Part shown: positions 45,856-55,182 of the stretch, piece after piece | Layout of the letters: each line of letters begins with the position of its first letter | Numbering within the stretch: position 1 is the stretch's first letter | Origin: an uncultured bacterium | Lineage (GTDB): Bacteria; Actinomycetota; Acidimicrobiia; Spongiisociales; UBA5794 | DNA: 64,000 nucleotides | Reading direction: 5' to 3' | NCBI GenBank assembly: GCA_963801165.1 | Contig: CAWDDT010000005.1 | Coordinates: forward strand, 384,001-448,000 | Notes under the pieces: model-generated | Told to the model about the DNA's origin: nothing | The model's database searches: none | What the model saw: only the letters and a program-made list of their open reading frames with translations | Translations under genes and position numbers: made by a program

Positions 45856-47421
45856 ATGCGAATAACACCCGAGCAGAAGTACGAGCGCCGCTGGTTCACG
45901 CTTGTTGTCCTGTCGCTGAGCCTGGTGATAATCGGGCTCGACAACACCATCCTCAATGTCGCGCTGCCGACGTTGCAGCGTGACCTCAGCGCCAACGCAT
46001 CCCAGCTGCAATGGATGGTCGATAGCTACGTGCTGGTGTATGCAGGCCTGCTGCTCACCGTCGGTGCCCTCGGTGACCGTTTTGGCCGGGGAGGGGCTCT
46101 CACTTCCGGGCTGGCCATCTTCGGTCTTGCCAGCCTGGTCGCGTCGCAGACCGGATCGGCGGATCAACTGATCGCAGCCAGGGCAGTGATGGGAGTCGGC
46201 GGCGCACTCATCATGCCGGCCACACTCTCGATCATCACCGACGTCTTTCCCCGCGAGGAGCGGGGCCGGGCGATCGGGATCTGGGCCGGAGTGGCTGGTG
46301 CCGGGATCGGGCTTGGCCCCATTGTCGGTGGCGTTCTACTCCAGTACTTCTGGTGGGGCTCGGTGTTCCTGGTCAACATCCCGATAGTGATCACGGCACT
46401 GGTCGCCGGCTACATCCTGGTTCCGACCAGCCGCGATCCAAACGCAACGCCACTCGACATCCCGGGCGCCTTCCTCTCCATGCTCGCCATCTCGTCGCTG
46501 GTGTACGCCATCATCGAGGGACCAAGCGAGGGATGGACGTCCGGTCTGGTGCTCAGCGGGTTCCTCGCTGCGATCGTGTTCGGGATCGTCTTCCTCGTTG
46601 TCGAGCTCCGCACCAACCATCCGATGCTCAATCTGTCCTTCTTCGCCAACCGGCGTTTCTCGGGAGGGGCAACTGCCATCGGGATCGCGTTCTTCTCCCT
46701 GTTCGGGGTCGTCTTCGTGCTCACCCAGTATCTCCAGTTCGTCCAGGGTTACACCGCCCTCCAGGCTGGAGTGCGCACCGCGCCGATCGCCCTCGGGATG
46801 ATGATCGGGTCATCAATGGCGCCCCGGATCGTGGAACGCATTGGGACGACCCGGGTCGTTTCCGCCGGGCTCGTGGTGCTGGCCCTAACCCTTGCTTCGT
46901 ACTCGCTACTCACTCCTGACACGAGCTACTGGCTGGTGCTTCTGGCCCTCCTCGTCATGACCCTGGCGATGGGGTCGATCATGGCCCCTTCCACCGATGC
47001 GGTGATGGGGGCAGTGCCGCGGGCCAAGGCGGGCGTGGCCTCGGCTACCAATGACGTGGCCCGGCAGGTCTCGGGCGCCATCGGCGTCGCTCTGGTAGGT
47101 TCGGCGCTCAACTCGGCGTATGCGACCCGGATGACCGATGCCGTCACCCAGCTCCCTACCCAGGCTGCGGAGGCCGCACGCAATTCCATCGGGGCCGCAA
47201 TCGCCGTTGCCGCGAACCTCCCGGGCGAGGCCGGATCGCAGCTGATCACCGCGGCACGACACGCGTTCGTCGATTCGATGGGCATGGCCGTCTTCATCGG
47301 AGCCGGGGCGGCGCTCATCGGCGCTTTCCTGGTCGCCCGCTTCATGCCTCCGCAGCATCTGCCTGAGGAGGACGAACCGGACGAATATGGAGCGCCAGAG
47401 CCGGAGCCCGTGTTCGACTGA
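45856..47421 (+). CDS. DHA2-family MFS efflux transporter
   Basis: 'LDNTILNVALP', 'GDRFGR', 'GPIVGG.L', 'W.SVFLVN.P'. Confidence 0.93.
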   Translation: MRITPEQKYERRWFTLVVLSLSLVIIGLDNTILNVALPTLQRDLSANASQLQWMVDSYVLVYAGLLLTVGALGDRFGRGGALTSGLAIFGLASLVASQTGSADQLIAARAVMGVGGALIMPATLSIITDVFPREERGRAIGIWAGVAGAGIGLGPIVGGVLLQYFWWGSVFLVNIPIVITALVAGYILVPTSRDPNATPLDIPGAFLSMLAISSLVYAIIEGPSEGWTSGLVLSGFLAAIVFGIVFLVVELRTNHPMLNLSFFANRRFSGGATAIGIAFFSLFGVVFVLTQYLQFVQGYTALQAGVRTAPIALGMMIGSSMAPRIVERIGTTRVVSAGLVVLALTLASYSLLTPDTSYWLVLLALLVMTLAMGSIMAPSTDAVMGAVPRAKAGVASATNDVARQVSGAIGVALVGSALNSAYATRMTDAVTQLPTQAAEAARNSIGAAIAVAANLPGEAGSQLITAARHAFVDSMGMAVFIGAGAALIGAFLVARFMPPQHLPEEDEPDEYGAPEPEPVFD

Positions 47422-47427
47422 GTAACG

Positions 47428-47865
47428 ATGACAAACCCCATGGATCCGGAGAACCCCGTCAACGCCTTGTGCATCCAGGGCATGGAGGCCGAGGGACGGG
47501 GCGATCCGGAGTCCGCCCGGGTGTTGTTCTCTCAGGCTTGGGAACGGCGGTCGAACCCCGTCGAGGCCGCGGTCGCCGCCCACTACGTGGCGCGGCATCA
47601 GGACACGGCCGCCGGGACGCTTCTGTGGAACCAGCGTGCCCTCGATGAGGCGACGGCAGGAGAGCCTGGGGCGATCGCCGGCTTTCTGCCTTCCCTACAC
47701 CTCAACCTCGGCAAGAGCCACGAGGACGTCGGCGACCTCGCCGCAGCTCGCGGACAGTACCTCCTGGCGCAGCACGCCTCCTCGGCGCTCGGCGACGACG
47801 GTTACGGCCGCATGATCCGGGGCGGTATCGGCGCGGCCCTGGAGCGGACCGCCACAGCCGGGTAA
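47428..47865 (+). CDS. TPR-like hypothetical protein
   Basis: 'A..LF.QAW', 'AAHYVARHQ', 'PSLHLNLG..HE.LG'. Confidence 0.7.
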   Translation: MTNPMDPENPVNALCIQGMEAEGRGDPESARVLFSQAWERRSNPVEAAVAAHYVARHQDTAAGTLLWNQRALDEATAGEPGAIAGFLPSLHLNLGKSHEDVGDLAAARGQYLLAQHASSALGDDGYGRMIRGGIGAALERTATAG

Positions 47866-47889
47866 TGCCACGCTCGTTGCAGCCGGCGG

Positions 47890-49557
47890 CTACGGACGGG
47901 GAGTGGCGTGGCCGGCGCAGTCCAGACCCTCGCCGGGGCGGTACAGGGCATTCACCGAGTCTTCGAATGTCTCGCCTTCGGGGTTGGTCCGGGACCGGTC
48001 GGTCTCCACTGCGGTACAAGCACCGGACCGCCAGCTGCTCTGACCGGTCTGCTCTACGTCCCAATAGTGAGTCGAGTACATCTGGACGGTGATCGAGGTG
48101 TCGGTGTACTCGGTCCAGATGAGGATCGCATACGGGGTGTTGTTGATGACGGCGAGGTCTACGTCCGGGTAGTTGAGCGTCGCCTCCCGGCCGTAGGGAT
48201 AGCGGCTGATGTAGATGGAGTGCGCCTTGTAGTCGTCGAGCTCGAGACCGGCGAAGAACGAGGCGTTGAACATCGTCGTGGCGAATTGGGAGATGCCACC
48301 GCCAACGTCGTCCTTGTAGTGACCTTGCTGGATGGTGCCCGCCGAGACAAATCCCTTCTCCCTGGTGCGCGGCCCGATGAAGTCATTGACCGAGAAACGC
48401 TCCCCGGGCATGATCACAACGCCTCGCATGAGATCTGCGATCCGGTGGATGTTCTCCACCCGGTTCTGACAGCAGGCATGATTCGTGGTGAACTCGCTCA
48501 CCTGCTCGCTGACTCCCAAGGCATCGATCCGGGCCTTTCCAAAGTCGTCCTCGACCAGCCTGGTGGGGAGGAAGACGAGCGAGCGGCCACCGGCTTGGGC
48601 CTCGTCGTAGAGGGCGGCGGCGGCCCCCTCGCCGCAACAGGTCCGGGCTGGATCGCCGTCGATCCCGTAGGTCACCTTCCCGTTCACCACGGTGTAGACC
48701 GGCTGCGGGAGCGGGGTGGCGTACCCGTCGAGGAGGCTCTCCAGCGAGTCGGTGACCCGTTGCTCGTTAAAGACCGGCACAAGCCCGTCGCTGGTTATCG
48801 CTGAGTCGATCCAGCGCCGAATCGTCGTGCTGCCTACGTGTGCGGTTTTGCCGTTGATCCGCACCGCAAGATCGTGTGCCGCAAGCTGCTCAGCAGCAGA
48901 GAGCCCTGCGACCAGATCCTCATTGTCGAACTGCGGCTTCATAGGGCTCCACGGAACGTCGACCGAGAATGGCGTTGTCCCGAACTGCACCTCGGCAGCG
49001 AGCGCCTCTGCGGCCTCCCCCGGGTCGACGTAGATACCGTCCGCACCCTCGGTGACGACGGGCTCGCCGGACTTGTAGGTGAAGCCGGGCTCGACCGGAG
49101 GCTGCTGCACAGTGTCGGGCAGGGCGGCGACCGCGGCGCTCGCAACGGCGGCATCAACGGTGAACACCGGCTCGACCGCCACCGGATCGGCCAGGCCGCC
49201 GACCCAGGTGCCGAAAGCAGTCACCGGGTTCCCCTGACGCCCTGCGGCAAACACGGCATCCCTGGTTGCCTCCCGGTCCACGCTGACGCCCGCCTCCGCT
49301 CGTGTCAGCACGATGTCGAGACCCGGCGCCGAGATCATCACAGTGTCGGCCGCACTCTCGGTTGCGATACGGTCGATGGTCGCGTCCAGCTCGGAATCGG
49401 TCATCCCCCCGACCTCAACACCGGCGAGCGTGACGTTTCGGTTCACCCGGTCGACGTGGGCGACCCGATCAACACCCCAGGCAGCAACGGTGCTGAGGAG
49501 AAGACCGAGAACGACGAACGCGGCGACTACAAGGGTGCGCCCCAACCAGCGTGGCAT
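47890..49557 (-). CDS. VanW family protein with peptidoglycan-binding domains
   Basis: N-terminal TM helix; 'PGERFS.N..IGPRT', 'GGGISQFATT.FNA', 'HS.YISRYP.GREAT'. Confidence 0.9.
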   Translation of the reverse strand: MPRWLGRTLVVAAFVVLGLLLSTVAAWGVDRVAHVDRVNRNVTLAGVEVGGMTDSELDATIDRIATESAADTVMISAPGLDIVLTRAEAGVSVDREATRDAVFAAGRQGNPVTAFGTWVGGLADPVAVEPVFTVDAAVASAAVAALPDTVQQPPVEPGFTYKSGEPVVTEGADGIYVDPGEAAEALAAEVQFGTTPFSVDVPWSPMKPQFDNEDLVAGLSAAEQLAAHDLAVRINGKTAHVGSTTIRRWIDSAITSDGLVPVFNEQRVTDSLESLLDGYATPLPQPVYTVVNGKVTYGIDGDPARTCCGEGAAAALYDEAQAGGRSLVFLPTRLVEDDFGKARIDALGVSEQVSEFTTNHACCQNRVENIHRIADLMRGVVIMPGERFSVNDFIGPRTREKGFVSAGTIQQGHYKDDVGGGISQFATTMFNASFFAGLELDDYKAHSIYISRYPYGREATLNYPDVDLAVINNTPYAILIWTEYTDTSITVQMYSTHYWDVEQTGQSSWRSGACTAVETDRSRTNPEGETFEDSVNALYRPGEGLDCAGHATPRP

Positions 49558-49682
49558 AACCCGGCGATGATAGGCGATTGCCTCCTGATTCCCAGTTTCG
49601 GATCGCCTGTCCGTAGGTGGGCCCCGAACCCGGTATCGATCCTCTCCGCTGCGTAAGGTGTTGACCCCGCGCGGAGATTGCC

Positions 49683-49718
49683 TATATCGATTCGATACAT
49701 CTATATCGAATCGATATA
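49683..49718. promoter_or_regulatory. Double palindromic operator upstream of padR-ino1
   Basis: TATATCGATTCGATA-N6-TATCGAATCGATATA 15-bp inverted repeat; each arm is itself TATCGAnTCGATA. Confidence 0.7.
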
Positions 49719-49726
49719 CTCAGACC

Positions 49727-50266
49727 ATGATCGATCTTGCCATCCTCGGGTTGCTCCACGAGCGTCCCCGCCACGGCTACGAGTTGAAGACATGTCTGCT
49801 CGATCTCGGATCCACGCGGGTTTCGTTCGGCACGCTCTACCCGGCATTGCGCCGGCTGGAGAGACGCGGCTTCATCGCCGCTCTACGAGAGTCGGGCCGA
49901 CGCAAGGCGTACCGTCTCACCGAGACGGGCAAGATCGAGCTGGACCGAATCCTCAATGCGGCCGACAGCGACGAGGACCGAGACTTCAATATGAAGCTGG
50001 CGTTCTTCCGTCACCTCGAACCGCCTGCCCGGATGCGCACCCTGAAGCGGCGCCGTCGCCAGCTCGCTGAGCGGCTCCGAACCGCCCAGGACGCAATGCA
50101 GCGCTCGATCAGCCACAGGGAAGACGATCCGTATGCCGGAGCCCTGCTCCGGCACAACATCCAGACGACGGAGGCCGATATCGAGTGGCTCGACCGGTTG
50201 ATCGCCTTCGCCCGCACCGAACAAGAAATCGAGATCCCCAGATCCCTCCGAGGAGGTAGGAAATGA
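49727..50266 (+). CDS. PadR-family regulator (Rv0047c-like)
   Basis: 'LAILGLL.E.P.HGYEL', '[11 protein letters not shown]', 'KLAFF'; ATGA overlap with ino1. Confidence 0.9.
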   Translation: MIDLAILGLLHERPRHGYELKTCLLDLGSTRVSFGTLYPALRRLERRGFIAALRESGRRKAYRLTETGKIELDRILNAADSDEDRDFNMKLAFFRHLEPPARMRTLKRRRRQLAERLRTAQDAMQRSISHREDDPYAGALLRHNIQTTEADIEWLDRLIAFARTEQEIEIPRSLRGGRK

Positions 50267-51369
50267 GCAAAGTGAAAGTGGCCATCGCCGGTGTCGGCAA
50301 CTGCGCGAACTCCCTGATCCAAGGTGTTACGTATTACCGCGACGCCGACCCCGAGACACAGGTTCCCGGGCTGATGCACGTCAACTTCGCCGGCTACCAC
50401 GTTGGTGACGTCGAGTTCGTCGCGGCATTCGACGTAGACATCACCAAGGTGGGCCAGGACCTGTCGAAAGCTATGTGGGCGGGCGAGAACAACACGATCA
50501 AGTTCGCCGACGTCACCGACCTCGGTGTCGAGGTCCAGCGTGGTCCAACCCTCGACGGTCTCGGCAAGTACTACGTGAGGGCGATCGAGGAGTCCCCGGA
50601 GGCCCCGGTTGACGTCGCCCAAGCGCTTCGAGACTGCGGTGCCGATGTGCTGGTCTCCTACCTCCCTGTCGGCTCGGAGCTGGCGCAGAAGGGTTACGCC
50701 CAGGCCGCGCTCGACGCCGGCGTGGGATTCGTCAACGCCATCCCGGTCTTCATCGCGTCCGATCCCGAGTGGGCGAGGAAGTTCCGCGACGCCAACCTCC
50801 CCATCGTCGGCGACGACATCAAGTCACAGGTTGGGTCGACGATTCTGCACCGCAACCTGGCCCGTCTGTTCGAGGACCGCGGCGTGGTTGTCGAGCGCAC
50901 TTACCAACTCAACGTCGGCGGCAACATGGACTTCATGAACATGCTGGAACGGGAGCGGCTCGAGTCGAAGAAGATCTCGAAGACCCAGGCGGTCACTTCG
51001 CAGATCGACAACGGGATCGCCGACAAGAACGTGCACATCGGGCCTTCCGACCACGTGCCATGGCTGACGGACCGCAAGTGGGCATACATCCGCATCGAAG
51101 GCACTACCTTTGGCGACGTGCCGCTCAACGCCGAGGTGAAGCTCGAGGTATGGGACTCCCCCAACTCGGCCGGGGTCATCATCGATGCGATACGCGCCGC
51201 CAAGGTCGCCCTCGACCGCGGCATCGGCGGACCACTGCTGGCGGCGTCTTCGTACTTCATGAAGAGCCCCCCGGTGCAGTACCGCGACGCGGTTGCCGTC
51301 CAGAACCTCGAAGCGTTCATCGCAGGCGAGGACCGCACCGCAGCAGAGTTTGCGGACTACCTCGCGTAG
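50263..51369 (+). CDS. ino1: myo-inositol-1-phosphate synthase
   Basis: 'GVGNCA.SL.QG', 'SYLPVGS', 'GDDIKSQVG', 'GGNMDF.NM', 'DSPNSAG', 'YFMKSPP'. Confidence 0.97.
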   Translation: MSKVKVAIAGVGNCANSLIQGVTYYRDADPETQVPGLMHVNFAGYHVGDVEFVAAFDVDITKVGQDLSKAMWAGENNTIKFADVTDLGVEVQRGPTLDGLGKYYVRAIEESPEAPVDVAQALRDCGADVLVSYLPVGSELAQKGYAQAALDAGVGFVNAIPVFIASDPEWARKFRDANLPIVGDDIKSQVGSTILHRNLARLFEDRGVVVERTYQLNVGGNMDFMNMLERERLESKKISKTQAVTSQIDNGIADKNVHIGPSDHVPWLTDRKWAYIRIEGTTFGDVPLNAEVKLEVWDSPNSAGVIIDAIRAAKVALDRGIGGPLLAASSYFMKSPPVQYRDAVAVQNLEAFIAGEDRTAAEFADYLA

Positions 51370-51372
51370 CGC

Positions 51373-51420
51373 TTCTGGCGTCCAGGACACGACCGTTGTC
51401 GGCCCGATTGGACGCCAGAA
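51373..51420. repeat. REP-like stem-loop (copy 1)
   Basis: TTCTGGCGTCCA...TGGACGCCAGAA; core shared with 59414-59450. Confidence 0.6.
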
Positions 51421-51709
51421 AAGGGTCCGGGCTCGCACCTACCGTGACGATTGCATCGTTGTAGGAGCTTCCGACCCTGATCGCAGAAGGCTGCTGACGG
51501 ATAGCCGGACTGTGCTTCGGCAACTAGATGCCTCCGCCGTCATCGACGGCGGAGGCATCTTCATGGCAGCCTGTCGCAGGCTGACCATCGCCCCCCAACT
51601 TGCCCGCCGTGCGAAGGTGTTTGGGTTCGACGCCGTTACTGGGAACGACCCCTACCACCACAAACGAGCAATGTTCAGCTACCGGGCGGGCTAGGTGTTA
51701 GCCATCGTC

Positions 51710-53626
51710 TCACCCGCCCAACGCTCGGTGCAGGAATGCCGCCATCTGACCACGGGTCACAGCACCATTAGGACAGAACATGTCGTTGGTAGGCGGATTA
51801 CAGCCACGAGTTATGTTGGCTGCCGCCAGCTTGGCGATATCGGACTCGAACACTGACCCGTCGTCATCGACGAAATGGTTTCCGCCGCCATCGTCGGTGA
51901 GCTGCAAAGCCCGCACCAAGAACGCCGCCATCTGACCACGGGTCACCGCACCATCAGGACAGAACATGTCATTGGTAGGCGGATTACAGCCACGAGTTAT
52001 GTTGGCTGCCGCCAGCTTGGCGATATCGGACTCGAACACTGACCCGTCGTCATCGACGAAATGGTTTCCGCCGCCATCGTCGGTGAGCTGCAAAGCCCGC
52101 ACCAAGAACGCCGCCATCTGACCACGGGTCACCGCACCATCAGGACAGAACATGTCATTGGTAGGCGGATTACAGCCACGAGTTATGTTGGCGTCGGCGA
52201 GCCACTCGATGTCGGATGCGAATACCGATCCGTCGATATCTTGGAAGGTGCTCGGTCCAGGCCCGGGACTTGGCGCGGTGCCGATCGTCGCAACGAAAAC
52301 GTCTGCTACCCCGTTTGTATCGCCGGCCACCAAGTCTGACGAGCTCGAGTAGTAGGAGACCGTCGATCCGTCCGCGGCAATCGCCGGATCGAAGCTCCCA
52401 CCGTTCGGTGTCGATCCATCGGCTGTCACCGAGAGGCGGACGGTCTCCCCTGTCCCCATGTCATGAGCAAAGACGTCGTTGAAGGTCCCCGAGTCGCCTG
52501 CTACCAGGTTGGAGGCGTTGGATTCGAAGGCGACCAGCGCGCCGTCCGCGGAGATCGATGCGCCGCTGCTCGCGTCGTTCGCCTCGCTACCGTCGGATGC
52601 CACGGACACCCGTGTCGTCACGTCGTTGGCGATGTCGTAGTGGAAGACATCCCACGTGTCGTTGGTGTCATCGGCAACCAGGTTCGGGGCAAGCGACTCG
52701 TACGCTACCGCAGAGCCGTCATCTGAAATTACCGCCCACTGGCTGACGTCGTATGCTTCGGTACCATCTGGTGCTTCTGATACGCGGGTATATTCACCGC
52801 TGGTGACGTCGTACAGGAACACGTCGTACAAGTCGTTCGGGAAGTCCCCCGGCACGAAATTCCACGCATACGATTCGAACACGATCAGGTTGCCGTCGCC
52901 GGACACATCCGGGTTGAAGCTGCCGGGATGATGATCCGTGGCAGGCGTTGCAGAAATGAGCGTCGTCTCCTTGGTACCCACGTCGTAGCGGAAGATATTG
53001 GTCTTTAGATCGTCTTCCATGCCCGGCACGAGATTGGTGGCACCCGACTCGTACACCACTACCGAGCCATCGGCTGAGATCGACGGATTAGAGCTGTGGT
53101 TGTTTGCCGCTTGGCCGTCGCTCGTTTCCGACACTCGAGTCGTGATTCCGGTGTCGACGTCGTACAGGAACACGTCCGCGAGAACTGTGTCTCCCGGCAC
53201 TAGATTCGTAGCTTCTGAGAAGTAGACGATCTTGCTGCCGTCGGCGGAGATCGACGGTGAGAAGCTGTTTCCGTTTCCTCCGGTCCCGTCGGGTGCCTGC
53301 GAGATTCGGACCGTCTCGCCGGTGGTCAGCTTGCGCATGAACACGTCTCGGAACCCGTTGCTGTCTCCCGGAACCAGGTTCGAGGCGTCCGAAATGAACA
53401 CGACGACCGACCCATCGCCCGAGATCTCCGCGCTGTTGCTGAAGCTGTTGGCCGGGGTGCCGTCCGACGCCACCGAGACGAGGGTGGTCGAGACGTCTTC
53501 GGCCGCCATCCCGGGAATGGGCGCAACCGATAACACCGTCAACATGGTGGCGACGAGTACCAGCACCCTGGCACTACGGAACGCCCGCCAATCCCCAGCC
53601 GTAGATCTCTCTCTTCTGTACATCAT
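51710..53626 (-). CDS. Secreted TolB-like (PD40-repeat) beta-propeller protein with three SLH-like repeats
   Basis: Repeated 'S.SADG..V.F.S.A.NLV.GD....DVF' units; 'ITRGCNPPTNDMFCP...TRGQMAAFL' repeats; AAGGAG RBS. Confidence 0.85.
   Translation of the reverse strand: MMYRRERSTAGDWRAFRSARVLVLVATMLTVLSVAPIPGMAAEDVSTTLVSVASDGTPANSFSNSAEISGDGSVVVFISDASNLVPGDSNGFRDVFMRKLTTGETVRISQAPDGTGGNGNSFSPSISADGSKIVYFSEATNLVPGDTVLADVFLYDVDTGITTRVSETSDGQAANNHSSNPSISADGSVVVYESGATNLVPGMEDDLKTNIFRYDVGTKETTLISATPATDHHPGSFNPDVSGDGNLIVFESYAWNFVPGDFPNDLYDVFLYDVTSGEYTRVSEAPDGTEAYDVSQWAVISDDGSAVAYESLAPNLVADDTNDTWDVFHYDIANDVTTRVSVASDGSEANDASSGASISADGALVAFESNASNLVAGDSGTFNDVFAHDMGTGETVRLSVTADGSTPNGGSFDPAIAADGSTVSYYSSSSDLVAGDTNGVADVFVATIGTAPSPGPGPSTFQDIDGSVFASDIEWLADANITRGCNPPTNDMFCPDGAVTRGQMAAFLVRALQLTDDGGGNHFVDDDGSVFESDIAKLAAANITRGCNPPTNDMFCPDGAVTRGQMAAFLVRALQLTDDGGGNHFVDDDGSVFESDIAKLAAANITRGCNPPTNDMFCPNGAVTRGQMAAFLHRALGG
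51737..52190. repeat. Near-identical 186-bp tandem duplication encoding SLH units
   Basis: Sequence starting at 51841 recurs at 52027. Confidence 0.85.
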
Positions 53627-53666
53627 CTCTCTCCTTTGCATTGCGGCAACCGTGCCGCTGGGCTCG

Positions 53667-54785
53667 TCATCGAACAGGGAAGGTGCTGATAATCGGGTTG
53701 AGGCACTGGTCGCTGGGCTCGGCCGTATCGGAAACAAAGGTCTCGTCAAAGCTGGCCGTCTCGGCAGGTTCCAGACGATCCGTCGAGATCGCATACGAGC
53801 GGCCGGACTGGCCGACGTAATAGAAGACAAACGAGACAACGACGCCCACCGCGAGGTCGGAGGTGTTCGTAACAGTGGCAGAGAACGCATCGGTGGCACA
53901 GGTCGCAACATCAACGGTGATGGCATCGGCTAGCTCGAAGACGTCACCGGCCCCGGCCACCTCTCCGGCATTTACATCCGTGCCAAAAGACACGGCGCAG
54001 AGCGCCTCGCGGTTGCCGGCATCCCATTCCGCAACGGGTGTGACCCTCATCAACATCGAAGTGCGGGTGCTGCCAACGTAGGACTCGGCGAGCTCCAAGC
54101 ACTTGGAGTGCACCTCCTCCTGTGCGTGTTGGTCGGCATCAACCGGTTCACCGTCGACGATGTGCTGATACGGGTAACCGAGCGCGTCGATCGCGACCGT
54201 CCCAATCACCTCAGCACCATGTGGTTCTGCACAGTCGACGGCCAACATGTCGATGCTGGTCGCCGTGCCGAGACAGGTACCCGGCGCAACGTCGACGGAT
54301 TCGATGGTGTTTGCCCACTGCTCGGATGAGTAGGCCAGACCGTCGGCGTACTCCGGACAAAGGCTCTCGACCGCCGTCGAGACGAACCTACGCGACAGCG
54401 CGGTGGGAACGAATTGCGTCGGTTCGAGTTCCCGCGCGGCGACGAAGGCCGTAGATAGCTCGAGCGGGCCGGACATCGACGCCGGGTCGAGGCCTGCAGC
54501 CTCGTCGCACACCGCCTCACCTGCCGCGAGCAGCGTGTCGGTGGTCACGCCGGCGGGTGCCCAGCCCTCGGTTGCCGCCACCAGCGCCTCCACGGGGGTC
54601 GGCGCTGCAGTGGTGGTGGCCTCTGCCAAGGTGGTGGTGGTCAGCGGTGGTGCCGTGGTGCCGGGTGCAGATGTCGATTCTGCCGCGACGGTCGTCGTGG
54701 TATTGGCAGCCGCCTCTGTAGTCGCTGCGCTCTGCGCACCGCAGGCAGTGGCAAACAGGGCCAAGGCGACAATCACTTTCTTCAT
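53667..54785 (-). CDS. Lipoprotein with septum-formation-like Cys domain
   Basis: Lipobox ATAC, Thr-rich linker, 'GTCL...VDCAEPH.AEV', 'W.AG.R...C'. Confidence 0.7.
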   Translation of the reverse strand: MKKVIVALALFATACGAQSAATTEAAANTTTTVAAESTSAPGTTAPPLTTTTLAEATTTAAPTPVEALVAATEGWAPAGVTTDTLLAAGEAVCDEAAGLDPASMSGPLELSTAFVAARELEPTQFVPTALSRRFVSTAVESLCPEYADGLAYSSEQWANTIESVDVAPGTCLGTATSIDMLAVDCAEPHGAEVIGTVAIDALGYPYQHIVDGEPVDADQHAQEEVHSKCLELAESYVGSTRTSMLMRVTPVAEWDAGNREALCAVSFGTDVNAGEVAGAGDVFELADAITVDVATCATDAFSATVTNTSDLAVGVVVSFVFYYVGQSGRSYAISTDRLEPAETASFDETFVSDTAEPSDQCLNPIISTFPVR

Positions 54786-55182
54786 ACGTTTCCTCTTTGC
54801 CGTGACCGGCCCGTCCCTCGTGGCTCATCCACAGGGCGGAGGTCGGTTCTCCCGTCCAAGATGCTGGGTCATCGTCCTTACACAGCGCTTACACGCCTGC
54901 AAGGCGAACGGCTACGTCGAGCCGCTGGGCTCACAACAACGACGAGACGTTGCCGACGGGCGCCGGTGTAAGTGCTCGATAAGCGGTCGATCGCACGATG
55001 TCGTATGCCAAGCCAGCACTTTGACGGCCGCGGTCGGGTTACCGGGATTGGAAGCGTCGCAGGTCGGGCCACAGCCGTTGCGTTCGTTGCCCATTGGGTG
55101 GCCCTCGACCTGACCTATCCGTCACCCCACCCCGGCTGTCGCCACGGTTTCCTGTGTATTGTCCGGGCTCGGGAGGCGGTCA

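Noticed and set aside
55031-55060. tRNA-Pro 3'-end-like sequence (possible att site)
   Set aside because: Only loose similarity; the T-loop consensus is broken, there is no cloverleaf and no integrase.
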